DNA of 64,000 bases, taken from Ophelia neglecta (lineage: Eukaryota). The stretch covers positions 75,082,001 through 75,146,000 of the forward strand of contig OZ260662.1 of NCBI GenBank assembly GCA_965285935.1, in the 5' to 3' direction. The notes below the pieces were generated by a model. That model was not told the DNA's origin and ran no database searches. It saw only the letters and a program-made list of their open reading frames with translations. Shown piece after piece: positions 38,001 through 52,300 of this stretch. A program made the translations under genes and the position numbers. How positions within the stretch are numbered: the stretch's first letter is position 1; every line of letters starts with the position of its first letter.

Positions 38001-41000
38001 ACGGGCATATGTTATTTTCGGATTAAATTCCGCGTCTGATGTGGCGAATTCACGGTCAAATATAGGGCAAGTGGCATCCCATTTTCAATTGTTAACATTT
38101 ATTCTGTTTATGAGAGTTTCTTTTATTGCCCAAGTTCGTTTTTTTGAAAATGATTTTTGAAATATTACCTTAGCCGTCTTATAAACTTGTGATTGTCGGA
38201 ATACATTGAGACTTAAATTAAAATATATGTCTCTATATATCTAGCGTGTTTTGGCCCGTACTACTTTCCCGTGTGGTTATATTAAGTCTGAGATTGACGA
38301 GACCCAATGTCGACCTTGTTAGAGCTGGAAAATAAAATCGATTTCCCAACTATTGGCAGTTCGACTCTCCTATAAGGCTTGTTTTAATTGCCAAAACCTG
38401 AACGGTGGGCGCCAAAGGTTCTTTTCACTGAAGCACATGTTGATTGTATTTCAAGAAAAAGACATTGTAAATTTGCATGAAATGGAGTCATTTTTTAGGC
38501 ATTGCATGCTAGTCTGTGCTGAAGATTAATGAACCTGCCCCTATTGTCTGCGCGAGTGGCTCTCTATAATCAGTGGTCACGCTAAGTTCAGACCATAAGA
38601 TGGTTCTTAGATACTCTTTATTCCAAATAATTGGAAAGAAAGTAGATTGATTGAAAATCTAAGAGCTATCAGACAAGAATGCGCTGACATTGTTTACTGC
38701 TTCCCATGAATATTCTTTCTCTAGGGCTTTGATCTGAAACTGCTCCAGTGGCCGAGCACTGTCGCATAAGAATGTAATATCAGATGACGCTGGCTGTGTG
38801 GGAAACACGTGCAGACGACTCCACATTTCTAGACGAAGGCTATAGCATTCAGAACAATTTCACAGATTATTCATCAGCACCTTTTAAGAAACGAAGCTTC
38901 CTTTTGAAGTGCAGATCGAGAGATGAAGACCTCCTCACACTACATTTCCATCTTGTTAGGGAGAGCCAGCCTGCTGAGAGATAATGCGGCTTTAACACCA
39001 TCGATTGTCTGTCACAGGCGCTCGAGGATCTTTAGATCTCGGAATATCTCTTCCGGTTTCCGACGACACACTCTTAGCAATGTTAGCTCGTTGTAAGTTG
39101 TCACCATGTGCGAAATAGAGATCGGGCGCTGTCAGCTGTCACAATTGAACACGTCTGGCTTTTTATGATACAGTCCACCTATACATGGTTAATGGTAAAT
39201 AAAAAAAATGTCCATGTAGTGGTAAAAATACATGTAAGGGCCTATGAGTTAAAACCACATTCCCTTTCTTACTCCAAGAATGCCAACAGTATATCTCATT
39301 ATTTTTACCATCCTGAGGAGTTGGGCACATTGACTGTACATAGCGTCACTTGCCGAAGTAAAGCAACATCCAGTTATATTAAAGTATATTCTCTATATTT
39401 GAAGTGTTGGGCATAATATACAGAGCTACAAGCAATGTGATTTAGAGCGATTAGTTAATGCCATATAGTCTTTATTTCTTGCCAAACAACACAATCTAAT
39501 AATTGACATCGTTTCTGGAACATTCAAAGGCAGTTTAACTGAATCAATAATCAGTATTTTTGTTGACAATTTGTAACAAATTTGTATCAGACAAGAATGT
39601 AACAAGATTATAAGAATTTGACATCAAAACACCTTCAGGTAAGCCATGCCGAAGCCTGCCTCAGCGGCTCGCCTAGTCTCTGAAGCTTCTCTCTGGTTAG
39701 TTTGACATCTGGAAATGGATATTGTTGTAATCGCAAGACTGAAGGTATAACACTTAAACTCCCCTGACCCTCTCAGCGGTAATATTATAATATTAAACGA
39801 AGACAAATTCACTATTCATTATCATAGGCCATCCCATTGTAATATTTTTGGTTTATAGAACCATCTTTGTCATATATTGATTTCACGACATCTTATTTAT
39901 TCCAGAGGGCCAACAAACGTTTTTCAGCTAAGGATAAATATCACACGTGTCGAACCTCACGCGATTTTCAAGATGACCCAATAACTTTTCATTTGGAAAC
40001 GAGGCATGGTGACACTGTTACCTCCGTTCCTGATTTTCTATGGAATAAATACACAGAGACAAATATCCATGGTTCTGTATACACGAAAAGGGACTGTCCG
40101 GTCTCTCAGTCTTACCAGGCTTGAAATCACACTATATCAGAGTAGTGATGAATATATGTCACTGATCTCTGATACCATGCACGGAAAATGTGACTGAATC
40201 CTATAGGAGATACATTACCAAAGAAACTGTCATAACCGCCTGTAGGAGTCTGAACTCAGTAAACATGCCACGGGAAATGAAGACAACGCTTCAGTACTAT
40301 TATTGTGTGCTTCTGATTGTGATATATATGAATTTAAAACACGCACTCGTATAACATAGTACGCTTATACAAACGTAACGGTTACAATAAACAAAATGAC
40401 TGGCGTGGGCACTTTTTTCTATTCTCCTTTAAGCGTTTTTCGTTGTACGAGTAGTGTACATCAACATCACACAGGATGCAGATGAAGGGATCGATGTAAA
40501 TACTCTTACTGTGGAACCCAAAATCCACAACTAGCTGATGAATGAATTGTGCAAGTCATAATACCAAAAGATTCGTCTAGCAATATGTCCCTTGATATTA
40601 ATAAGACAAGTGATTGACACTAACTGGTACCTGTTCCCTGGACATTCTTATCTTCTCTTGGAAGAGGCTCTGTATCGTCTGGTCTTGGCCGAGCCTGCCA
40701 GACTTGCACCACCTAAAGGGAATTTATATTTCAATCATATTTTGGCAGACATGTTGGATGGACAAGGAAATTTTGTCGAAAAGGTCAAAAACCTCGTCGA
40801 TTTTGTGCTAGCGGATAGATATTCAAGACTCCCATTTCACATGCGATCGGCTACTCACAGACAACAAAAAACATACGCCTGTTTAACATATATACAAGAG
40901 ATTCGATTCCTTGCGGTCCATGTTATTCATGAGCCCATCCTCGTGGATATTCCGCTGTTCCGTACCTTCTCATTAATGCCAGATTAGTTCCAGTTCCAGT

Positions 41001-41926
41001 TAGAATATTGTAGGATTTTATTTTGGTTCATCCACTCCCCGCTTGTGAAGCTCCCCTAAACACTATCAACACATCGTGACTTCATGAAAAATGATTTTGC
41101 TCGAGAATTTTCGTGATTTTTGGCGCAAACTGTTACATTTTCCTTTTCTTGATTAAACGGGGTTATTTACAATTCTATGAAATGTATATCATAGGGAAAG
41201 GGGCATATATCACTTTTGAACTTTCCCGGGTCATAGTTAAACATGTATGGAATAAACCATATCTTACGATGAGTTTAACATTTAAATGTAGGCCTCGTGT
41301 CCCACATTGAACATGTTAACATCTTTGTAAAAGTAGGGCTTCATCTAAGACGCATAGCTATAAGCGGAAATGGCACATTTTTTAATTATTATCAAAGATC
41401 CCAGAAGTACATTAGTAATGCCTCATGTATACAACCTTTATGGAAATAAAAAGTTGACTTAATCTGCCAACAACGACTTCCAGGTGTCTTCCTGAAGACA
41501 GTCAATGGGGTTGAATCCCTGTCTTTTATCAGAATGAAATACCTGCACTTTACATAATTCATTACCCGACCGTTTTGTGGCGTTCTATTATCGTTACCAC
41601 TTCGTAAGCCACACCGTGAAGCGTGTGTCACGGATGAGTGATACCCACCATAACCCACCGCCTCCTATACATTATTGATGTTATTTAGATTTTCTAATGT
41701 GAAATTTGGCTGAGGCTCAATCGCCAACCGTGGCACACCATTAAACTGATTGATAGTCATTGGATTGGCGCAGTCTTTTTAATACAATTTTCTGCAAATA
41801 CGTTATGGTGATGAATTGGAAGATTTAAGATAGAAAGTTTAATTGGTTTGGGAGCAACAAAAAGCTAGCAATGTGTGTTATGCGTCGCAAAGTGCATGAA
41901 CTGTTCGTAGTGAGGAACCCTACAAC

Positions 41927-43262
41927 ATGTTCTCTCCGACGGGACCCATGGCAAAATGGCTTGACTGGGTAGGAATTAGGAAACAACACATTCTCGATAT
42001 ATCTGTGTTTAAAAAGATAAATTAGTTTTTAAGTCCAAATTATTGTCACAAGCCTAACCAGAAGACATTTCTACCTCGACGGTGGGACACAACAAACGAC
42101 ATGATTACTTAACTTTCAATGATAGGACTTCCATGTAACTTGTATCTCCTTGTATTACAGGGTCGTGACTTTGAAAGCGTCTACACCAATCATCGTTACA
42201 CCCAGAAGGAAAGAGAGATCCTCTCCTCGCACGACAGCTTCGACTACCTGCCCAGTCACAGTGTGGTCTACAAAGAATGGCTCAAGCGTCAACCGGCCAG
42301 GTAAGGCCGCATTATATTACAAACAGAAATAACCATCACCGAATATTTCACATCAAGAACATTTTTTGTAATAAATGTAATGCCTTAAAATAAATTTACT
42401 TTTATAGATGAATATTTCTATTATTAATTTGTTTTAGGCCACTTGGCTTTATAATTTTTAAAAATAATACAAACGAGTGGCATATCTTTCAGGTTAGATT
42501 GGGACCGTTGGATCGTAATGGGGCTCATAGGTGTGACGATAGGACTCGTGGGGTTCCTCCTACATCAGTGTATTCATCTTATTGGGCATATCAAGTGGGA
42601 AAAGGCCGAACACTTCATGCACGTGAGTGAATGTTCATACAAACGTTTTGTTTATAAGACTACATATTATGTGACCTTTTCTATGGTGCAACATCCACCT
42701 CCCCAGGAGGTGATAAGTATGCAGTTTTGACATTTTCTTCTTCAAATGTTGAAATCCATGGCACCCTCTTCTCTACCCTCGAGGGATTTTGAAACTCAGT
42801 GCGTCAATGCTAAAGGTACAAGCAGGGGATTAATGCGGCTACAGTAACTTACATCTACTGAACTACAGCTTGGCGGTTGAAATGTGAGACTATTTTACTT
42901 CAGGAATGTCATATAGGTAAAAGCGGTCCCTCGTGCGTTCAGTATATAGTGGTTTCACATTTCGAGCTCCATTCAGCCCACAGTTTTTGGGTTGAAAGAA
43001 AGGAGTAAGCTCCTCAAATGGAGAAGCAGGCAGCCGCACCAATGCAGATGGGTTTGTTATGGCTTCTGAGCAAGTTTTGATAGCCATCTTTGATTGTAGC
43101 CTGCCATAAGCATGCATCTCAATGTAGAAGAAATGAACTTAATGCCGGACAGTGACATGGGCTAGACTAAAGGGAAGGAACCCTACCCACTGTCTAATGT
43201 ACAAAAAGAAGACATTTTTTTAATTTGGTTTTAAATCTAGTTTCTAGGATGTAGAGGATAGG

Positions 43263-43334
<72 letters not shown>

Positions 43335-46300
43335 CATTTAAATGACAAATGACAGATTTCTTAAAACTTCGCTAGATACAGAATTAATGAAATAAAACAT
43401 ACTCTCTCATATATAACAGATATTTATTCCAAAGTAGGAATGTATAATTATGGGCGGTGAATTGAAAAATAGATATCAGTCTATACAAGTACGCTATTAG
43501 AATGTGATTGATTTGCGACGCATCTAGATCTACTTAATCAAATTAATCCAACTTTGTTTCCAGGAAGATATGCTGAAAGCCTGGGGTTGGGTTCTTGGAT
43601 ACAGTGTATTATTTGCTGCCATCAGTGCCGCTTCGGTAGCCGTAAGTATATAAAACGATCACTTATACTACAGTGCAGTGCAAACTGCGTTAAAGACCAC
43701 CTCTATAATCAGACCACCTGCCAATTCAGACCCCTAACACGATGATCATGCAGTATACTTTAAATATTAAACAACCTGTCTTAACAGACCACCTTCGAAT
43801 TCAGTCTAGCATTTTCAGTCCGCTAGCTGGTCTTGATTCACAAGTTTCACTGTCTCTCTAAAAGCTCAATCATATATGTTTTATACAACTAATGAGTACA
43901 TTTATATTTGTCAAACGAATCATTCAAACTGATTTGTGTGTCTTCTTTCCAATGTTCTTTCTGAATATATACGGAATGGTCTTTCTTTAAGGCTGATCGA
44001 ACCCATTTTCGATATTGTCGGATTAGAAATTTAATTGCAAAACTAAACTCTAACACGTTTTCTATTGTTACCTAGTCTGAGTCAAATGTGTATACGGCAT
44101 AGCTGCTAGGCTCCCGCTTTGCCTAGGCGTTGAAAACTTGTTCATGCATGAGTAGATAAGCTTGATGAATGCTCAAGCTCGGGGGGTGGGGGTGTGGGGG
44201 GTGGGGGTTGACTCCCATGTATAGGCATACGACCGCTTACATCGGTGGGTTTTTCAGAGGATAGCTTTTCATGATTGTACGGGGCCCAATTTGAGCTCTT
44301 CTTACATGAATGGGTGGGTTTACAACGTTCATTTTTCAGAAATGGCAGAAAATTGTTTCACCCAGTCTGTGGTCTTTCAGATTCGTCCACATTTTCCTTT
44401 TAATTTACATATAGCTCATTAACAGCATATTTCATCTGAACTTGATCAGGTTCATGTTATATGGGTCTATATTTTGTTAAGAGATTTACATGAATGGGTA
44501 TGGTTTCCAGAGTAAGAGTTAAACCCCGTCAAAACAGGCCCTGGTACCTCCCCCGAATGCCCAAATTATTTACAAGAACTCAAAATTGGCTTGTGTCAAG
44601 TGAGACATGATTGAAGACCCCATTTGCCGTATCCCATGGATGTTCTTCATTTTGTGTCATCTCTACAGTCGTATTATTGATTAGAGTGTCAGGTATTAAC
44701 ACTTGTGATGACATCAAATCAAAATGTATCTACAATAAGACTGATATTACTTTAAGGGTGAAATGCTTAGCTGCAATCGAATTCTATCCCATAACATCGC
44801 TCATACTTTAAATGGTCCACCAATAAGCTGTAATTGATTAACACGACACTTTTTTCCATGGGCTCACACGTTCCAGTTCGAGTCCTAAATACCTCGCGGC
44901 CAGTAAAACACGCGACTTTACTTAAATTTAGATTATAGTGATTCTATGTATAAAATGCTTAGGTGATAAATCAGTGATTTAATTTTACGTATTAATAATG
45001 TTTTTCCCTTATTTTAGTTCCTGTGTCAGCCTGCAGGTGGTTCAGGGATACCGGAAGTGATTGGTTTTCTAAACGGAACCGTGATGCGTCACGTGCTCAA
45101 CATGCGGGCATTCGCAATCAAATTCTTCTCCTGCGTCTGTGCAGTTGGAGCTGGACTTCCGGTGGGGCCCGAAGGACCCATGATCCACATGGGGTAGGTG
45201 GTTCAATAGGCAATTAACCTCTCATTTTTACTTAAGCCCAAAGCTACATGTCACCCAGCTATACTCTTGTGAATATCGGCACATGCCTAAGGGCAAATTC
45301 AATAGTAATGCTAAAAGAACTAACCAAAGAGCCCGTCTGATTTGTTTTATTTGTAGGAGTATAGTCGGCACGGGTTTAAGTCAATTCCGATCCAGAACTC
45401 TTAAACTGTCTTTGCCTCTCTTCACAAGATTCCGAAATTCGGAAGATAGGTAAGTTACCTCGTACCTTGTTTCTACTCAATCTGTTTTTACTAATCCATG
45501 GACGATATCATGTAACTTAAACTGACAAGTGCTATCAACGGATGATTTTTCAGGCGAAATTTCACGACAGCGGGAGCTGCGGCCGGGGTGGCGGCTGCCT
45601 TCGGCGCCCCGGTTGGAGGTCTGCTCTTTGCCATGGAAGAGGTGAGAAAAACGAAATGTACCTGTCATTAATTATACATTTACAAAGTTATAATGAAACC
45701 CCTGGCAGTATATTCTGTGATAAGTTTTAGCATAATTCATTCTCATTTGGGACAAGATAATATAAATAGTACGGCTTATTTTTTCAGGTGTCCTCATTTT
45801 GGAGTATGAAATTAGGATGGATGATATTTTTTTGTTGCATGCTTGCTACATTTACTGCAGATCTCTTTAACTCCTCATTCGACTCCTTCCATTTTGGTGG
45901 CGTCTTCGGTCTATTCAAAACAGACAAATACATCATATTTAAGGTAAGAGCAATGTGTGCAAGATGCCGGGTGCATCAAGTGGGATTTCGATCAAGTAAC
46001 TTGTGGCAGTTCTCTGTTATTACCAGTAGTATAAGCAGGTGAATTTCATTTCAGAACTGTCTACTTTAACCTCAGATCATAAATGAATTAACACTTTATT
46101 TATGATAAATGTGGCGATAGTAAAATACCCGGGGTATTTCTCTCTTTATCGAGCATGTTTCCTATCAGTTATTTTGTATTTCAGCGGTACAGCTCCCAGT
46201 TTCAAGACCTTGTAAGTCGCGCAGTTTTCAAATGATCAATCACACGAATCTCCTAAGAGCAGGTCGTTAAAAGCTTGGTCTGAGAGATTCCAACTGAATG

Positions 46301-49300
46301 ACAAGCATGCGTATATGAGAATAGTCTCATATTGTTTCGTAAAATTATAAGTAGAATAATATAGATTGCTGATGAAGTGTAAAGGTCAAATATTATTGTA
46401 GATATATCAGGTATTGAGGAATGTAAAAGACATTACCTACAAGGTGGACCATAAAATCTAGCCATGTGCTTAGAGGGAAATTTGACTTATTTTAAGCCTT
46501 CCCTTTTCATGAACTTGTGATAATCTATATCGCCTGTTTATTGAATTCCATTTTGGCAGAAAGAAGATTTTGAGAAAAAATGTAATTATGTTGAGAACTA
46601 TTGAACAGGCCAGCTGTCAAACAATACCTGAGCTTTTTTCATAGCCATTACGTATTTTACCTGAGATAATTCATCAATTTATGTTCATGTTCGACTGAAT
46701 TCAGTATAGCTGACTGCAAAAACTACTACATGCTCAAAGGTCCAAAAGATGAACACCTTTTCGTATATATTCATGATAAACAGACGATTTTAATAAGGTA
46801 AAATACTCGAAAATTGAAGACAGCTTTATTAACATCTAAAACAGAGTAACATTCCAACTTGTATGATAATGGCGAGAATCTAAATCAACTGACTAACTAT
46901 ATTGTTATTGCTGATTTCGAATGATGCGTTGCAGTCTAGAAATTTGCAGTTTTTAAACTGTGTTTACATGCATGTCAAGTTTTAAATATTGTTGGTACAG
47001 TAATATACTTAAACGATAAAACATTTTAAAACATTGTTCATTAAACTATTCAAAACGTATTATTAATCAGTCATTCATAATACTTAATTAGCATAGTTAA
47101 TTTATGACTGATACACATGTAGATCCGGTGTGGGTCTCAGTGTTACCTAAAGATACCACAGATCTACCAGTACTAAATGATTTTAAAAAGCACTGGATTG
47201 AAAACATGGAAGACAGTTGCTCTTATTAAAAATAATATGTTTGATTTAGAGCATGGACGAGTTTTAAAAGTACATTTACAGCGCCATTTGCTAAGTACTA
47301 ATACCTGGCACAGACTTTGGTTTTCAGAGAGTAATCAGGTTCAATGGTGATAGATTCAACGAGTAACGTATAAACACAACTGCACCACTATAAACATTTC
47401 GTTACAATAATTAGGCTTAACGTTGCTGGTAACACCTTAAACGCAATATTCTCCACATAGCACATAGATTAAAAATATATAATCTGTTTCCCACAATGTT
47501 AAGCAGTCCTTGTATATGAACAAAATTCATGTTTTCATACCCTATATAATATAGTATTAATTGGCGAATTTTTTTTTTCGATGATAATAAGACCGAAGAG
47601 GAATACGATCATGTTAGCTACAAACGTAGACTAGCTTTTAGGACAATTATGCCCTGTATAATATGGGTACATGGCAATTGAAGAAGTTATTATCTTTTTG
47701 GAAGTTTGATGAAATAAAACCTATACATTTTTTATCGTCTGATAGATATCAAGAGGTTCTATATACTGTATTTCAACTAATTATTACAGATGACTTACTG
47801 TTTTGGTGGAAATCACTCCCGACATAGAGAAAGATTTAGCTGCTTTAATTGGACATGTCTCCTTTTTCAAAATGAATATGACCTTTATTATTCTTAGTTT
47901 AGTTTCATTGTGAAAACCAAGGTAAACATGCAATTTTTCATTCAGAGAATGAAGTGCATGGAAGAACCGTTTATGTCGTACATTTCCTTCTTGAAAATGA
48001 CCCACTGATCAATAACATGATTATAATAATTATATATGCATTACATACATATTAGCTTCAATGTATTTTTCTTTGGTTTGAATAAGTGACATTTCTTTAA
48101 TTTGTGATATGAGGAGTGTTTCCCTGCAAGCCAGTAAGGTGTATGATAGAGATGTGTAATCCTATTTTTTAGGCTACAAAAACTCCAAGACCGGTTCGTT
48201 ATATGAAAATCCACTCACGTCACGTGGCATGCCCATCCTTTGTGCGGACATTCCGGAAGGTACCTCTCCACCTGACAAGTTGTTTATGTTATATATTTCA
48301 GATCGGAAACGCTATCCCCGTGAATGTGATTATGTTTGCCCCAGCTATGTTATTGGGCTTTATAGGTAAGCACTTGGTGCGATGTAGTTTGTTTGGTAAC
48401 ATGTAAGAAAATTTGCATATATTTTCCTTTGTAAGTATTTTATCTAAATGAAAGTGATTACTGCATTTGTCTCCATCTTTCAAGTAGAAATATATTATAA
48501 TGTAACAGTTGAAAAGGTATACGAATACAGCGACCCCTTGTACAATCAAAAATGAAGAATATGTAACATATTAGCACTCCTATAATTATATCATGGCCTC
48601 ATAAATTATATAGTAAGTCATCATATTGTAAAAGACCGCCGTATTGTATGCTGACTTCTTATTATTATGTTGTGTAGGGGGAATCCTGGGAGCTGTGTTC
48701 ACAATCATGAACCTGAAAATATCCCGCGCACGTCGACGGCTTATAGCCAAATTGAAGAAGCCACTCCTGCAGAAAATCGTTCGATGTCTAGAGCCGCCCG
48801 TTATCATGGTAATAAGGCACATTTAACTAATAGGATTAAATTCGAAATCTTCGAGAGTAATGTCTGAGCAAGTATATCAGCTACGATCGCTTGTTTCTTG
48901 AAAGTCACCTGGGTTATACACAGTCACGGGACACTTGATCACATTTTGAATGGGGATTCAATAGTCTGCTCATTTGTACATTTGTTTCGTAATATGTTAC
49001 CTGTTACGAAATCCTAGAATAATGGACATGGGTTCTGTTTTTAAGATTATATGGGCGACCATCACTGTTTTTCTGCCAGCCGCTTTTCCATGTAAACCCA
49101 TGGTTTGTCCAAATATGGAAAACGGCACTGTCGTTCAGGTGCATACCAATACTGTAGCCTTAGGGTAAGAATTGAACTCGACTCTTACTTCTATAAACTA
49201 CTTTGCAGTTTCTATGCTTTTTTTCTTGTTCAGATGATTGTTGTTCAGATTAGTCAAAATAAACCATTCGAAGTATTTCAAAATAGTGTTATCTTTTGCC

Positions 49301-52300
49301 GATAAAGCCCTGTGATACGTCCTAGACACAAGAAAACCAACTTTAATCATTTTAAAAATGATAATCCCATACTTAAAAGCCGTTATTTCTTATCCAGTGA
49401 AAGCCACTCACGACACGATAGTAATTCCCAAACTCGTCATAATGCTCACGACAATCGCCATGCTGGACAGACAGGTGGCCGTGGACACAGTAATTATGCA
49501 CATGGTAGTCATAACAGCGGGCCAGCATTGCCACTTTTTAACAACGCAAGCCTTGTATACTGTCCTAAAAATGCTAGCACGTACACCATAGACGACAATG
49601 TACAGCAGTACTGGTGTCAACAGCCTGTCTGGCACGAGGGTGGGAAGCTATTGTATGGCGAATATAATGAAGGTAACAACATATAGAAACATATAAAAAT
49701 ATTTTTATTGAAATGTCGTATTATGATAAAAAACAATTCTTACAAAAAATTGCAATCAGTCATAATGTGTTCTGCTCTCGATAGTAGCTATTTAAAAAAA
49801 GTCCCTTACGATACCCCAAGCATTGGCAAGCAAAAACTGCCGATAAGTACTACTTGTCCCAAACACCAAGCGTATGTTAGTAGTATCTTGTCAATTCCAG
49901 TTGCAAGTTTGCTCAATGTACACGGCCAGCGGGCATTACGTCTGCTGTTTTCCCGACGTACACATCTACAGTTCAACTATGAATCGCTGCTGGCCATATT
50001 ACCCATTTATCTGTTGCTTGCTTGCTGGGCCTCGGGTAGCGCAGTAGCCAGCGGTATTGTGGTGCCAATGTTGTAAGTATGGAATTCGCATATTAAAACA
50101 GACATTTATTTTGCAATAAGTGAAATGATACATCACCAATATGCCGATACCTCTTGAGAATATCTACTAAATAAATGTGTGGTGTGTTAAATGATATTTT
50201 AGTTTTTACCCGAGAATGCTATGCTAGGCTGATGAGGATGTCGTGAACGCATCATGACAGATGAGAATGGATTATGTATTTCAGGGATTACAATTTATTT
50301 TTTACAGATTTATAGGCGGTATATATGGTCGGGTGATAGGGAGAGTGTTAGTAGACCTCCACGGAGGTGTTCCCACAGATCGCTTCTGGCACTGGATAGA
50401 CCCAGGGGCCATGGCTCTGATTGGGGCAGCCTCTTTCTTTGGAGGTGTTTCTAGGTTAACCATGTCTCTTACGGTTATCATGGTATGTACGACAAGCAAG
50501 AAATAAGATTATCAAATAATTACAAAATATTGTTACAAAAATTAAGAAGCACAAAATTGAATATTTCCATCAGATACGCTTTTTGAAAACGCTATTTTTC
50601 GTCATCCTCCTTTATAGATCGAAATAACCAATGACGTGGCCTTTCTCTTGCCTATAATGGTGGCCATCATGGTTGCCAAGTGGGTTGGGGACTATATCAC
50701 CCACCCTCTCTACCATTCCCTGCTCGAAATGAAGTGCATTCCCTTCTTAGACTCGGAGCCTATCGTCTATGACGAACAACAAAAATTGTAAGTTATTAGT
50801 GTATGTTTATGTCGGTGTGTGTTTCGCCTGTCGCTACTGTTTCCGGATGATTTGAGCCCGATCTATGCTTTATTAAATTAACGATTCGGCTGTGTCTGCC
50901 GGATATCCTCTCCCGTTTTTTATCCTGTTGAACACACTGGTCAAACCAATGACTGCGATAAAATCTATATCTATGCATCAATTTCTATCAATAAATATAT
51001 ATCAGTATGTTTTTACTATAAAGACAATGTTCAAAATCAAATTGTTCGTCTAACGAGATCTCACATTTCAATTTCAAATACCACATGCAAAAGTTTTTTT
51101 TCGAGATTAAACCTATGGTAAAGCGAGGCTTTCGGTCATCTGATTAGTTCCGGTCATATATATATATATACATATATGTAATGTGCTCAGTTTGATTTGG
51201 TGAACCAGGCGCCCGTGTTTGTTTTAAAATATTGCAAAACTTTCATACTCATTTGTGCTTTGTCAGGCTCAATTTGGAGATGTTTAAGGCAAGAGACGTG
51301 ATGCATTGTCCAGTGATAACGTTAAGCGTCCGTGAAAGCTTGTCGCATATAGCCCACATCCTTTTAGAGACGTCCCACGGTGGCTTCCCTGTGGTCAAAT
51401 GGCATGAGGACGCCAAGCAAGAAGTAGCCTATGGACTTCTCACAAGGTTACGCCGAACAACTCTCACTTACCTACTTTGATCGCTGATTGCATTGAAGAA
51501 CACTGATTTTTCTCATGTATATACAATATAAGAAGGTTAAAAATAATAATAGTATTCCTATATTCATCTGATTGGATGTCTTTGAGGGCAATGTTACTGA
51601 CAAATAACTACTTTCGAGAAAAAAAAAACATTATTGAGCCCTGTAAATAATGTTGACATCTGGTAAGATGATGGTTTTTTTCTCCTTACAGAACAGAATT
51701 ATGTGTGATATTACAAGATAACAAATTCCAAAATCAGGAGCAGGGTGGTGTAACATTAACACCACAAATACCATACGAAGAGGTATCTATTATGTATTCC
51801 AATACGCTTCTTTTTATATACCGTTGAGATATTTATAAACTATATATTTTATTTATCTTGACAACCAATAAAATCACCGATTAACATTACTAAGAAATAA
51901 TTTCCGAAGGTTTCTGTGGATAGACTGCGAACCGCCATTAACATTATTGAGATTCTGGAGAAGTATGTTGAAAAGCCCCACTATAGAGAAGTATACGTTG
52001 ACTTGGTAAGATAACTGTACTTGTTGTCCAGATCATACCTCATTCGCTAAATACGAAAATTCAAAATTAAAGTATGCTAAATTTGAGAGTGATGGGTGGT
52101 TCCTGGAGAACTCGGGCACATTCAATTAGAATTTCTTGTAAACTGATTTTGGTTTGTCTGGCGCGTATCCACTCCTGGTTTTGCAATATGCAGCATGCGA
52201 TGATACAACATAATTACATTGTAAAATAAAGATATTGTCATTCCAGGAGGCATATGTTAACCGCTCTGCTCCACATATCGAGGAGGACTTTTCCTTACAC

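Noticed and set aside
38784-38984. 66-aa ORF as a possible CLC N-terminus
   Set aside because: It stops before any good donor; at most a uORF or chance ORF.
40592-40987. 131-aa + strand ORF upstream of the CLC exons
   Set aside because: Non-ATG start, no CLC similarity and no compatible splice path to 42161.
42904-42916. 13-nt AG..GT micro-exon in a CLC intron
   Set aside because: The flanking exons already join in phase 0, so inclusion would frameshift.
50229-50260. Hammerhead-like CTGATGAG followed by a short stem
   Set aside because: No GAAA after stem II and no closing stems.
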